64,000 nucleotides of DNA from Nitrospirota bacterium (GTDB lineage: Bacteria > Nitrospirota > UBA9217), in contig CAWIYV010000014.1 of assembly GCA_963840455.1 (NCBI GenBank), positions 480,001 through 544,000 on the forward strand. The letters run 5' to 3'. Numbering within the stretch: the first letter of the stretch is position 1; every line of letters starts with the position of its first letter. The notes below the pieces were generated by a model. It made no database searches and was not told the DNA's origin. It worked only from the letters and a program-made list of their open reading frames with translations. Position numbers and translations under genes: made by a program. Shown in pieces: positions 20,161-29,344 of this stretch.

Positions 20161-20659
20161 TTTTACCGCGAAGGCGCGAAGAACGCCAAGGAAATCAGAA
20201 GGGAATTCTGCGTGCAATGAAATAGAATATCTACAGATTGTTGACCATTCTCTTGATGCCGTCTTTCATGCGGGGTACATTCCAGTTGAGTAAAAAACCC
20301 AATTTGCATTTTTTCATCTTCAAATAGGTCAGCAGCTGTGCTTCGTGTACCGGCAGGAGTTTCTCAACGGTCTTGTGTTCGACGATTACTGATCCTTGCA
20401 CGATCATATCTATTCGATAACCTGCATCAATGATAATTTTCTCATAGATAATCGCAAAACCACTTCGCACTCTACGGTTAATTCATCTTTATTCAGTTCA
20501 TACTTCATGCATTTCTGATATGCCGATTCCATCAAGCCGGGGCCTAAAATAGTATGTACTTTAATGGCAACATCAACGATCCTTTTAGCGATCTCTTCTA
20601 TATCCATAAACGGATTTCCGAGATTTACTCTTCGCGTCCTTCGCGCCTTGGCGGTTCAA
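20161..20659. mobile_element. Putative cassette: inverted arms enclosing a GxxExxY gene
   Basis: Left arm 20161-20190 and right arm 20630-20659 bracket an AT-rich gene placed between fchA and folD. Confidence 0.65.
20231..20607 (-). pseudogene. GxxExxY protein (PD-(D/E)XK nuclease-like), frameshifted
   Basis: GPGLMESAY in one frame and YRIDMIV..EHK..AQLLTYLK..GFLLNWN in another; a 1-nt loss near 20454 (ttg cg att) would join them. Confidence 0.85.
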
Positions 20660-20689
20660 GGTTTTACCGCAGCCCGGACACTGATTTTC

Positions 20690-21316
20690 TTACCCCATCT
20701 TCCTATACGTCGTCTCCATCACGCTCTTCTCGAGCGCAGCCACCTGCTTCAGAACATCCTGCATCTTCGACCATGTCGGCTTATTGTAGGCCTCGTCCTT
20801 GATGCTGTTGACATTGATCTTGACGTTCAGCGCGGCGCTCTGGGCGCAGGCCTGGGCGAGGAGCACTGCCACGCCGGCGTCGCTCACCGCGGCCACGTTG
20901 CCGATATCGGCAGCGCGCTGGGCGAGTCTCGCAACCTCCAGGGATTTCAGACCGATCTCGAAGGGGACCTGGCAGGCCAGCTTCAGCGCCTCCTGCATCT
21001 TTGCAGTGCGCGCGGCCTTCTCGGCGTCGGTGTTCTTCGGCATCTTGTAGACCTCGGAGAGTCCGCCGTAGACCTCGGTGTCCTTCTGGATCAGGTCCTG
21101 CATTTCGGTCCGGAGCTTCTCCGACTCCTTGATCAGGGCCTCGACCTGGGGCTGGACATCCTTGTATTTTTCCTTGCCCAGGGTTAGGCTGCAGACCATG
21201 CTGACGAGCCCGGCGCCGAGGGATCCGGTGAGCGCGGCAACGCTCCCGCCGCCCGGTTCGGGGGACTTGCTGGCAAGCTTATCCAGGAAATGACGAATCG
21301 GCTGGTCGATATACAT
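20690..21316 (-). CDS. fchA: Cyclodeaminase/cyclohydrolase family protein (methenyl-THF cyclohydrolase)
   Basis: LASKSPEPGGGSVAAL, SDAGVA and LNVKIN motifs; next to folD. Confidence 0.88.
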   Translation of the reverse strand: MYIDQPIRHFLDKLASKSPEPGGGSVAALTGSLGAGLVSMVCSLTLGKEKYKDVQPQVEALIKESEKLRTEMQDLIQKDTEVYGGLSEVYKMPKNTDAEKAARTAKMQEALKLACQVPFEIGLKSLEVARLAQRAADIGNVAAVSDAGVAVLLAQACAQSAALNVKINVNSIKDEAYNKPTWSKMQDVLKQVAALEKSVMETTYRKMG

Positions 21317-21366
21317 GGGAAGGCACCTCGCAAAGGGGAGTTGTGGAACGGGGTCAATGGTTTATA

Positions 21367-21395
21367 AGATTAGTAAAAAGAGGCTTCTTTGTCAA
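21367..21395 (-). promoter_or_regulatory. Sigma70 promoter for fchA-folD
   Basis: Minus strand TTGACA-17 nt-TAATCT. Confidence 0.55.
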
Positions 21396-21477
21396 TAAAA
21401 AATGCCCCCCTCTCCGACATTGCTGTCTTCAAGGGAGGCATTTCAGGGGAGGCGTATATAATCGCTATTTGAGATTA

Positions 21478-21559
21478 ACTATATCCATAGTTTTAGAATA
21501 AGTCAAGAATAAAATAGTACAAGTTTTTCTTGACTCAAATTGTTGGGCTTTGGTATTAT
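21478..21559. promoter_or_regulatory. Back-to-back divergent sigma70 promoters
   Basis: Minus strand TTGACT-17-TATAGT (21506 to 21478); plus strand TTGACT-18-TATTAT (21530-21559). Confidence 0.5.
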
Positions 21560-21587
21560 ACAAAACCTGTCATGGACAGGCTTTATC

Positions 21588-22316
21588 ATGGACATATCGC
21601 ACGGCCTTTCCATAACCTCATTGTTCTTTTCCCTGCTGATGGGTGTGGTGTCCTTTGCCTCTCCCTGCATCCTTCCGCTCATCCCGTCCTACGTTTCCTA
21701 CATCACGGGGATCAGCTTTGACGAGCTGGTAGGGCCGGAATCCCGCAGGAAGAACATCAATACGACGCTGCTGCATTCGCTGGCATTCGTGGCCGGGTTC
21801 ACGGTCATCTTCGTCCTCCTGGGCGCCACGGCGAGCATCGTCGGCCAGCTGATGATCCAGTACCTGAAGCCCATCCGCATCGCGGGCGGCGTCCTCCTGA
21901 TCGTCCTGGGGTTGTTCGTGTCCGATGTCATTCCCATCCCTTTCCTGCAGCAGGACGCAAAGATACATCTGAAGCACCGTCCGGCGGGATTCTTCGGAAC
22001 TTTCTTCGTCGGCGTGATCTTCGCCGCTGGCTGGACGCCCTGCACCGGGCCCTTCCTTGCCGCGGCGCTCATGCAGGCGGCGCAGGCGGAGACCATGGCG
22101 ACCGGCATGGTGCTGCTGGTGTTCTACTCCCTCGGGATCGGGATACCGTTCATCCTTTCGGCCATCGCCATCAGCGTCTTCCTGTCGTCGTTCAAGAAGC
22201 TGAAGGACCATTTTCATGCGATCAAGATCGCGAGCGGTGCCATCCTCGTCATCATGGGCCTGCTGCTCATCACCGATAAGTGGACATTGATCACGTCCTA
22301 TCTCATGAACCCGTAA
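21588..22316 (+). CDS. ccdA: Cytochrome c biogenesis protein CcdA
   Basis: SFASPCILPLIP and GWTPCTGP Cys motifs; 6 TM segments. Confidence 0.92.
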   Translation: MDISHGLSITSLFFSLLMGVVSFASPCILPLIPSYVSYITGISFDELVGPESRRKNINTTLLHSLAFVAGFTVIFVLLGATASIVGQLMIQYLKPIRIAGGVLLIVLGLFVSDVIPIPFLQQDAKIHLKHRPAGFFGTFFVGVIFAAGWTPCTGPFLAAALMQAAQAETMATGMVLLVFYSLGIGIPFILSAIAISVFLSSFKKLKDHFHAIKIASGAILVIMGLLLITDKWTLITSYLMNP

Positions 22317-22334
22317 GGGGGCGAACGAACGAAT

Positions 22335-22754
22335 ATGGGAGCTGAAACCCTGGATATCTTGAAGGACAAGGACGCACCGCTGTATACCATGGGGGTCGCC
22401 GCCCGGCTAGTGGGCACGACGGCGCAGACGCTGCGGCTCTATGAAAAGCACGGACTGATCCTGCCGACGCGGGAGCGCCGGAACCGGCTTTATACCGAGA
22501 ACGACATCAAGTGGCTGCGCTGCATCCGGGAGCTGATCCACAACAAGAAGATCAGCATAGAGGGGATCAAGAAACTGCTCGACTATGCGCCCTGCTGGGA
22601 GGTCAAGGACTGCCCTGATGACCGGCGCGTCGTGTGCACGGCATTCACGAACAAGAGCAAACCCTGCTGGGAGACCACCCGCTGCCGGAAGGACGAGGAC
22701 TGTTCGACCTGCGTGGTCTATCTGAAAGGCGTAAAGAAGGCGGCGAAGAAGTGA
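22335..22754 (+). CDS. MerR/HspR-like regulator with a Cys-rich C-terminal domain
   Basis: YTMGVAARLV..TLRLYEKHGLI.P.R...RLY HTH; CWEVKDC...C...CWE..C...CSTC tail. Confidence 0.88.
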   Translation: MGAETLDILKDKDAPLYTMGVAARLVGTTAQTLRLYEKHGLILPTRERRNRLYTENDIKWLRCIRELIHNKKISIEGIKKLLDYAPCWEVKDCPDDRRVVCTAFTNKSKPCWETTRCRKDEDCSTCVVYLKGVKKAAKK

Positions 22755-22760
22755 GAACTT

Positions 22761-22878
22761 CAGGAGACAGCAGTCAGTAGACAGTAGACAGAAGAAGTTC
22801 ACGGAAGACAGGTGCAGTTGAAGACCCTGCGTATTCAGCCTCCTGTCTACGGTATGCTGTATTCCGTCTACTCGCTGT
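22761..22878. repeat. Paired heptamer repeat (cagtaga-type)
   Basis: cagtcagtagacagtagacag ... ctgtctacggtatgctgtattccgtctact inverse arm. Confidence 0.65.
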
Positions 22879-23553
22879 TCAAGGATGTTCCTCAACCCAC
22901 ACCACGCCGTCCGGCGTGGTCTCTTTTTTCCAGATAGGCGTGATCCGCTTCAATTCATCGATGCAGAACCGGCAGGCCTGGAACGCCTCGTCCCGGTGGA
23001 CCGCTGCGACGACGATCAGCACGATGTTCTCGCCGATCGGCAGCGTCCCGACGCGGTGGATGATGGTCGCGTCGATGATGCCAAACGTGCGGATGGCGCT
23101 CTCCCGGATCTCTTCCAGCTTCTTCTCGGCCATGCCCGGATAGTGTTCGAACTCGAGCTTGGCCACCGACTCGCCCCGCGAGATGTCCCGGGTCGTGCCC
23201 AGGAACGTGACGATGCCGCCGATGGAACTCGAGGTCTTCTTGATCCTCGCGACCTCCACGTCGAGCGAAAAGGGCTCTGTCTGGACGCGGACGAAGCCCT
23301 GCTGTTCCTGGCCCCCGGAGAAGGGCGGCATGAGCCCCACCTCGTCGCCGTCCCTGAGCGGCGCATCCTGCTTCACGAACTCCTGGTTCACCGAGACCAT
23401 GATCCGGCCGCAGGACAGGCTGTCCTTCAGCGCGGGGAAACGGCCAGCGATCACGTCCAGAAGGTCCTTCACCGTCGCCGGCCTTTCGGTAAGGACAACC
23501 TCCGTAGTCCCCGCCTTATCCTTGAGCATCGCGAACATCTTTACTGTGATCAT
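22879..23553 (-). CDS. moaE: Fused molybdopterin synthase MoaD-MoaE
   Basis: N-terminal ThiS/MoaD fold ending PPFSGG, then MoaE motifs GGIVTFLGTTR, HRVG and PIWKKE. Confidence 0.92.
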   Translation of the reverse strand: MITVKMFAMLKDKAGTTEVVLTERPATVKDLLDVIAGRFPALKDSLSCGRIMVSVNQEFVKQDAPLRDGDEVGLMPPFSGGQEQQGFVRVQTEPFSLDVEVARIKKTSSSIGGIVTFLGTTRDISRGESVAKLEFEHYPGMAEKKLEEIRESAIRTFGIIDATIIHRVGTLPIGENIVLIVVAAVHRDEAFQACRFCIDELKRITPIWKKETTPDGVVWVEEHP

Positions 23554-25181
23554 GTAGTCAACTCCCTTCGAGCGCCGCTCATTGCGGCATCAGCAATGTC
23601 CGGGACCAGGTGGTTCTCGATCATGCACTGGAGCATTTCGAGCTCGTCCTTGTCGAACCAGGTGAGGCCGCAGTAGCTGCACCGGTCCACCTCGATCAGG
23701 TGCGCCTGGCTGTAGAATCCGCGGGACATGGGATTCTTGCATTTCGGGCAGGAGAGGCGGGGAAACTGGCCGGCGCTGGTGTCGCTGACCTTCTGATAGA
23801 TCCTCCGGGACTGATTCTCCTTGAGGACCGCCCGGGCAAGGACAGTGACCCGCTCCGAGCATGGCCGGTCCCTGCCGGTCCGCGCGATGATCCGGGGTAT
23901 CTTGTCCGTCTCAACGAGCGTCCCTGCGCAGAAACAGCACGGATAGATGCGGGTCCCTTCGTAGGTCGCGGTGACAAGGGGTTGTTTGCAGGCCGGACAG
24001 GTAAACCCGTTCGGGGCCGGTTCTGTCCCGTTCAGGCGCTGCAGGAAGATCGTGTTGACGATGGGGTCCTTCCAGGCGCGGTCCGGGGTCCGGCCCCCTC
24101 CCGGGACGATCCAGGAAAGGGGGGACAGCCACGGCAGTGCCGCCAGCTCCTGGAGCGTGAACGGCCCCTGCCAGTCCTGTTTCGGGCTCATGACGAAATA
24201 TTTCTGACCGGCGGCCTGTTCGCCCGGGTTCCGCTGCGCTTCTTTCCGGTCAAGCTCGTCGATGCTCACCCGCGCCATCCCGAGCAGGATGTCCATCCTC
24301 TTTCTGAGTGGCGGATGCGTCGAGAGCAGGTCTGCCCAGAAACCTTCTGCCTCATCCAGCGCCGTGGCCTGCGGGTTCACGATGCAGAGCATCTCGAAGC
24401 CGCTGCCGATGAATCCTGAACCACGCCAGCTCCGGGAGAGTCTACGGAGCGCTTCGGCCAACGCAAGAGGGTCCCGGGTCATGCGAACCGCTGCGGCGTC
24501 TGCGCGATACTCCCGCTCGCGGGAGATGAACATGTTGAGAAGATACCCCAGCTGCAGCAGGATCCAGGCGAGGAAAAAGGCCGGCAGCGAGAATACCCGG
24601 TTCTCGGACGAATAACGGAGCTTTTCCATGGCTGATGAGAGCGTGCCGAAGAGGCTGGCTGCGACCGTGGTCTCGAGGCAGTCACCGGATAGGATGTGGT
24701 GCGCCTCATGGCAGACCACCGCCTCGATCTGGGGACGCCTGAGGCGGGAGAGCAGGCCCTCGGTGATGGCGATCAGCGCGTTCCCCTTCAGGTCCTCGGC
24801 GGCCAGGGCGTTCAGGGAGAGGGAGGGGATGACCGCGCACTGGATGGTCCGCTTGTTGCCCATGACGACATGGACCTCCTCCATGATGTTCGAGAACATC
24901 CTGTGGATCTCGTCATCCGGATCAGGAGGCCGTGCGTCGAGGCTGTGGATCACGCTGTTCACGGTATTGTAGGCAGCGAACCAGAAGTGTATTCCCGCGC
25001 CGAGGAGCGCCAGCAGGCCAGCGACCACCCAGAAGCGAGGCGTCGTCGTGCCGAGCGTCACGGGAAGGATCGCCAGGCCGAAGGCCGCGAGCACGCCCAG
25101 ATAGACGAGCAGGAGGACGACGAAGAACAGCGCGATGCGCCAGTTCTTTTGCCGCTCTATGTCGATGAAGGTCAGGGGCAT
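23550..25181 (-). CDS. HtpX-like M48 zinc protease with C-terminal GYF-like and Zn-ribbon domains
   Basis: LNALA, HEAHH, SREREYRAD and STHPPL motifs; QGPFT motif and four CxxC pairs; follows lemA. Confidence 0.85.
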   Translation of the reverse strand: MPLTFIDIERQKNWRIALFFVVLLLVYLGVLAAFGLAILPVTLGTTTPRFWVVAGLLALLGAGIHFWFAAYNTVNSVIHSLDARPPDPDDEIHRMFSNIMEEVHVVMGNKRTIQCAVIPSLSLNALAAEDLKGNALIAITEGLLSRLRRPQIEAVVCHEAHHILSGDCLETTVAASLFGTLSSAMEKLRYSSENRVFSLPAFFLAWILLQLGYLLNMFISREREYRADAAAVRMTRDPLALAEALRRLSRSWRGSGFIGSGFEMLCIVNPQATALDEAEGFWADLLSTHPPLRKRMDILLGMARVSIDELDRKEAQRNPGEQAAGQKYFVMSPKQDWQGPFTLQELAALPWLSPLSWIVPGGGRTPDRAWKDPIVNTIFLQRLNGTEPAPNGFTCPACKQPLVTATYEGTRIYPCCFCAGTLVETDKIPRIIARTGRDRPCSERVTVLARAVLKENQSRRIYQKVSDTSAGQFPRLSCPKCKNPMSRGFYSQAHLIEVDRCSYCGLTWFDKDELEMLQCMIENHLVPDIADAAMSGARRELTT

Positions 25182-25214
25182 GGTGAAGAAGCAGGATAGA
25201 GGAGCCAGAATTGA

Positions 25215-25327
25215 AGCTCCCTGCAGCAAGCTGCAGGGAGCTTCGATCCTCAGGGTAATTATATTTATCCTGATCGCTCGCTAACTCCGCAGCAAGCTGC
25301 GGGTGGATGCGCTCGCTCCTGGATTCA
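25215..25327 (+). mobile_element. ~112-bp non-autonomous IS200/IS605-like element, copy 1
   Basis: TTGA|agctccctgcagcaagctgcaggg...ccgcagcaagctgcgg...gcgctcgctcctggattca. Confidence 0.75.
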
Positions 25328-25384
25328 GGAGTCAGGAGAAAGGTAGTCTCCTGGCAGGGGTCCCCTCTGGCTCCGGGCTCCTGG

Positions 25385-25948
25385 CTACTTTCCTCTCAGG
25401 CTCAGGTCCACGGCCGGTGTTGCACGGGTCGCTTCCGGGGCCTCAAAGTACTCTTCCGCGCGGAAGTTGAACAGCGAGGAGACGACGTTGTTGGGGAAGA
25501 CCTGGAGCGCCGTGCGGTAGTTCGCCACCAGGTCGTTGTAGAGCTGACGGGCGAAGGCGATGCGGTTCTCGGTGGAGGTGAGCTCCTCCTGGAGCTGCAA
25601 GACGTTCTGGTTGCTCTTGAGGGCCGGGTAGTTCTCCATGACCGCAAAGAGCTTGCCGAGGGCCTGGGTGAGCATGTTCTCGGCCTCGGCCTTGGACTGC
25701 GGCCCTGTTGCCCCCACGGCCTTTGCCCGCGCCGAGATCACCTTTTCGAGCGTGTCCTGCTCGAACTCCAAGGCCCCTTTGACCGTGGAGACAAGGTTGG
25801 GGATGAGGTCGTGCCGCCGGTTCAGCTGCACGTCGATCTGTTTCCAGGAACCCTGGACATCGTTCCGTTTTGCCACAAGACCGTTGTAGATCACGATCAG
25901 CCACAGGATGCCGAGAACCAGTACACCAAGTAAGAACCAGCCTACCAT
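25385..25948 (-). CDS. lemA: LemA family protein
   Basis: N-terminal TM, IDVQLNRRHDLIPNLV, ENYPALKS and ENRIAFARQLYN motifs. Confidence 0.95.
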   Translation of the reverse strand: MVGWFLLGVLVLGILWLIVIYNGLVAKRNDVQGSWKQIDVQLNRRHDLIPNLVSTVKGALEFEQDTLEKVISARAKAVGATGPQSKAEAENMLTQALGKLFAVMENYPALKSNQNVLQLQEELTSTENRIAFARQLYNDLVANYRTALQVFPNNVVSSLFNFRAEEYFEAPEATRATPAVDLSLRGK

Positions 25949-26008
25949 AGGGCCTCCTTGCGAACAGGCAGTGCCAAGAATGGCTGTATTATAACATACT
26001 ATCCCGCG

Positions 26009-26848
26009 TCACTCGCCGGCAAGCAGCGGCATGCCGGAGGTCGGGAAGATGCCGCGCTTCTCGGCCTCGGCGAAGAGCCGCCGGACCGCCGCAGTCCCCT
26101 CGTTGCCGAGGTCCAGGGAAAGGTCGTTCACGTACAGGTCGATGTGCTTCTGCATCACCGTCTCGTCCATTTCCTGACTGTGCCGACGGCAATAGGACAG
26201 GACCTCCGCCTCGTTCGCCCGAGCGTAGCGGATACTTTCCCGGATCCCCTCCTCTACCATCAGCAGTATATCCGACCCGAGCGAACGCAGTCCTAAGATC
26301 CCACCGAGGGGGATGGGGAGGCCGGAATATCGCTCCCACCATTCACCGAGATCAAGGAGCTTCTCCAGTTTATAGAGCGGATAGGTGAACCGGCTCTCAT
26401 GGATGATCAGGCCGGCGGTCACCGCGCCGTCCGCCACGGCCCGCATGATGCGGTCGAAGGTCATTAGCATCACGTTCGTCAGCGCCGGGTCATAGAGACG
26501 AAGGAGGAGCCAGGCGGTCGTGAGCTTCCCCGGGATGGCCACGGTCCCGCTCCGGACATTCTCAAGTTCTGTGCCGGGCCGCGCCACGAGGAGCGGCCCG
26601 CATCCCCGTCCCAGCGCTCCGCCGGACCGGAGCAGGGCATAACGTTCCCGGAGATGCCCCAGGGCATGATAGGATATCTTGGTAAGGTCCAGTTCGCCCG
26701 TGAGCGCCAGCTGGTTCAGGGTCTCCACGTCCTCGAGCCGCTCGCGGAACGTGATGCCCGGGACACGGACCTTGCCGTGCACGAGGGCGTAGAAGATATA
26801 GGTGTCGTTGGGGCAGGGAGAGTAGCCGATGGTGAGCTGTTGTTCCAT
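26009..26848 (-). CDS. mqnD: 1,4-dihydroxy-6-naphthoate synthase
   Basis: YSPCPNDTYIF, GGALGRGCGP, IIHESRFTY, LPIPLGG and HIDLYVN motifs. Confidence 0.93.
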   Translation of the reverse strand: MEQQLTIGYSPCPNDTYIFYALVHGKVRVPGITFRERLEDVETLNQLALTGELDLTKISYHALGHLRERYALLRSGGALGRGCGPLLVARPGTELENVRSGTVAIPGKLTTAWLLLRLYDPALTNVMLMTFDRIMRAVADGAVTAGLIIHESRFTYPLYKLEKLLDLGEWWERYSGLPIPLGGILGLRSLGSDILLMVEEGIRESIRYARANEAEVLSYCRRHSQEMDETVMQKHIDLYVNDLSLDLGNEGTAAVRRLFAEAEKRGIFPTSGMPLLAGE

Positions 26849-26902
26849 TAGAGGTCCCGGAAAGGAGTGCCGCATTCCGCGAAACGGTATTTCGGACGTT
26901 GA

Positions 26903-27037
26903 AGCTCCCTGCAGCAAGACTTCGGCGAGCTCAGTCGAGTCGCTGCAGGGAATCTTCGATCCTCAAGGTAGTGGTTTTATTCTAATCGCTCGCTAACCCC
27001 GCGCAGGCTACGGGGTTAGCGCTCGCTCCTGGATTCA
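26903..27037 (+). mobile_element. ~112-bp element, copy 2, with a 24-bp insertion in its left hairpin
   Basis: Same ends as copy 1; extra gacttcggcgagctcagtcgagtc at 26918-26941. Confidence 0.75.
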
Positions 27038-27090
27038 TTCCGCAATCGTTCGGCCGAGCTCACGACGAAGTCCGCAATCCGCCATTCGAT

Positions 27091-27822
27091 TCATCCATCC
27101 CATCCCTTCAGGATGCTGACAACGGCCTTTTGGACGGACTTGGCCGCCCGCGGGATATCCCACTTCTTCAGGTTGCGGTCCTCGACGATGTTCGAAATGC
27201 CGCGCACCTCGAGCCAGGGGACATTGTGGAGCGCCGCCACCTGGGCGACCGCCGCCCCCTCCATGTTCTCGCACAGGCCGTGGTAGCGCTCCTCCAGTTC
27301 CATCGCCCGCGCGGAGGTCCCCGTGCAGGTCGAGAGAGTGACGAAGGGGCCGAAATGCACTTTGCCGCTGCCTGGCTCCGCGGTGGTAATGAGCGTATGG
27401 AGCGACTGTTTCAGCAGTCGTTCCGATGCAGGGTAGGTCGTGAAGATCACCGAGGATGCGGTCTTGAGAAGCGGTATGCCAATATATTCCGTGTCCATGA
27501 ACCCGTCATGGGTCAGCACGCCTTCATCGCCGGCGATCTCCTGATGAGCGAGGGCCACGTCGCCTACGGCCGCGCCAGATGAGGGATAGGCGCCGCCGAC
27601 ACCGAACAGGACAAGCGCCTCGGGGGCGAACTCAGCGATCATGAGGGTGGCGGCGTGCGCGGCATTGACCTTGCCCATCCCGCCCACGCAGAGCAGGACA
27701 TCGCGGCCCGCGAGGGTCCCCGCGATTATGGATTTTGATCCGAGCTGCGTGGTCGCCTTCACCGTGGTCCATGCCAGGATATGTTCGGCTTCGGCCTGTA
27801 CTGAGCAGAGCAGCGCGATCAT
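27091..27822 (-). CDS. mqnB: Futalosine hydrolase
   Basis: PNP/MTAN fold motifs GMGKVNAA, GVGGAY, ENMEGAA and RGISNIVEDR; upstream of mqnD. Confidence 0.88.
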   Translation of the reverse strand: MIALLCSVQAEAEHILAWTTVKATTQLGSKSIIAGTLAGRDVLLCVGGMGKVNAAHAATLMIAEFAPEALVLFGVGGAYPSSGAAVGDVALAHQEIAGDEGVLTHDGFMDTEYIGIPLLKTASSVIFTTYPASERLLKQSLHTLITTAEPGSGKVHFGPFVTLSTCTGTSARAMELEERYHGLCENMEGAAVAQVAALHNVPWLEVRGISNIVEDRNLKKWDIPRAAKSVQKAVVSILKGWDG

Positions 27823-27976
27823 GAAGGCCCCTTTGCATCTCCCGAAAGCGACCGGCATCAAGATTACAGCATTTCCCGATGTGACAGGCGGTCTGCTGCG
27901 GAGAAAAGTGTCGTCGCTTTAATCCGGCATCCCGGAACACCGTTCATATCGTACCAATTATATACCATACTTTTGA

Positions 27977-28005
27977 TTGCACTTCTATTCCAAATTTGCT
28001 ATGAT
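27977..28005 (+). promoter_or_regulatory. Sigma70 promoter for aroC
   Basis: TTGCAC-17 nt-TATGAT with extended -10 TG. Confidence 0.55.
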
Positions 28006-28137
28006 GAGCCCGATTTTACAGGGTTTTTTCGAGATTCTGGCAGCGCGGGACGATGGCTCCGAAGGAGCAATGGCTCACAAGTTGTTGTATTGTAAGTAAA
28101 TTATCGTGTTCCTGGCCGGTGATACGAAGGAGGGTCA

Positions 28138-29331
28138 ATGTTACGCTATTTAACTGCAGGAGAGTCTCACGGGGAACTTCTGATGGGCATCATCGAAGGT
28201 GTGCCTGCCGGCCTGCTCATCCGGGTCACGGACATCGACAACGACCTCGGACGCCGTCAAGCGGGATACGGCCGGGGCGGCAGGATGAAGATCGAGAAGG
28301 ACACGGTCAAGATCCTCACGGGCGTGCGCTGGGGCAGGACCCTGGGCAGCCCCATCGGCCTGATGGTCAGGAACAAGGATTGGGACAACTGGCGAGCCAA
28401 GATGTCCCCGGACCCATCGTTCCTGAACACAGCCGAACCCGTGACGCGTCCGCGGCCGGGACACGCGGACCTTGCCGGCGCGCTCAAGTACGGCATGGCG
28501 GACATCCGCAACATCCTGGAGCGTTCCAGCGCCAGGGAGACGGCCATGCGCGTGGCCGTCGGCGCCGTGGCAAAGCGGCTCCTGGACGAGTTCGGCATCG
28601 GCATCACGAGTCACGTGATCGCCATCGGCGGGGTATACGCCAAGGGTGACCGGATGTCCCTCAAGGAGGTCCGGAAGCGGGCCGAGGCGTCGGAGCTTCG
28701 CTGCGCCGACCAGCAGGCAGAGAAGCGGATGATGCACAGGATCGACGAGGCCGCGCGCGCCGGGGACTCCCTGGGCGGCATCTATGAGATCATTGTTTCC
28801 GGTGTGCCGGTGGGGCTCGGCAGCCACGCCCATTGGGACCGCAAGCTCGACGCGCGCCTCGCCGCGGCCATCATGAGCATCCAGGCCATGAAGGGCGTCG
28901 AGGTCGGCTCGGGATTCGGCGTCGCCAACAAGCCGGGATCGCAGGTGCACGACGAGATCTTCTGGGGGCCCAAAGGCGGCTTCTTCCGCAAAACGAACCA
29001 CGCCGGCGGTATTGAGGGCGGCATGAGCAACGGGGAGGACATCACGCTCCGGGCCGCCATGAAACCGATCCCCACGCTGATGAGGCCGCTCCGCTCGGTG
29101 GATATCGTGACCCGGAAACCCTTCAAGGCCGCGGTGGAACGCTCCGATGTGTGCGCCGTACCCGCTGCCACCGTGGTGGGCGAGGCCGTCACGGCCTTCG
29201 AGATCGCTGTGGCCCTGATAGAGAAGTTCGGCGGCGACAGCATCGATGAGATGAAGCGGAACCACGAGCAGTACCGAAAGTACCTCAAGGATAGGATGGG
29301 AATCGTCGAGGAAGAGGCAACGAAACAGTAA
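28138..29331 (+). CDS. aroC: Chorismate synthase
   Basis: [22 protein letters not shown] and KPIPTL motifs. Confidence 0.97.
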   Translation: MLRYLTAGESHGELLMGIIEGVPAGLLIRVTDIDNDLGRRQAGYGRGGRMKIEKDTVKILTGVRWGRTLGSPIGLMVRNKDWDNWRAKMSPDPSFLNTAEPVTRPRPGHADLAGALKYGMADIRNILERSSARETAMRVAVGAVAKRLLDEFGIGITSHVIAIGGVYAKGDRMSLKEVRKRAEASELRCADQQAEKRMMHRIDEAARAGDSLGGIYEIIVSGVPVGLGSHAHWDRKLDARLAAAIMSIQAMKGVEVGSGFGVANKPGSQVHDEIFWGPKGGFFRKTNHAGGIEGGMSNGEDITLRAAMKPIPTLMRPLRSVDIVTRKPFKAAVERSDVCAVPAATVVGEAVTAFEIAVALIEKFGGDSIDEMKRNHEQYRKYLKDRMGIVEEEATKQ

Positions 29332-29344
29332 TAAATATAGGTTG

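Noticed and set aside
21501-21535. agtcaagaa...ttcttgact inverted repeat as a MerR/HspR operator
   Set aside because: Both halves are explained as the -35 boxes (TTGACT) of back-to-back promoters, and the spacing does not fit the HAIR motif CTTGAGT-N7-ACTCAAG
25182-25229. ORF-track N-terminal extensions MLQGAS/MLQGAP (also at 26917, 58372, 61525) and MLLLLCALCVLCG (50251)
   Set aside because: They are translations of the repeat elements, not shared protein leaders; downstream ATG starts fit better
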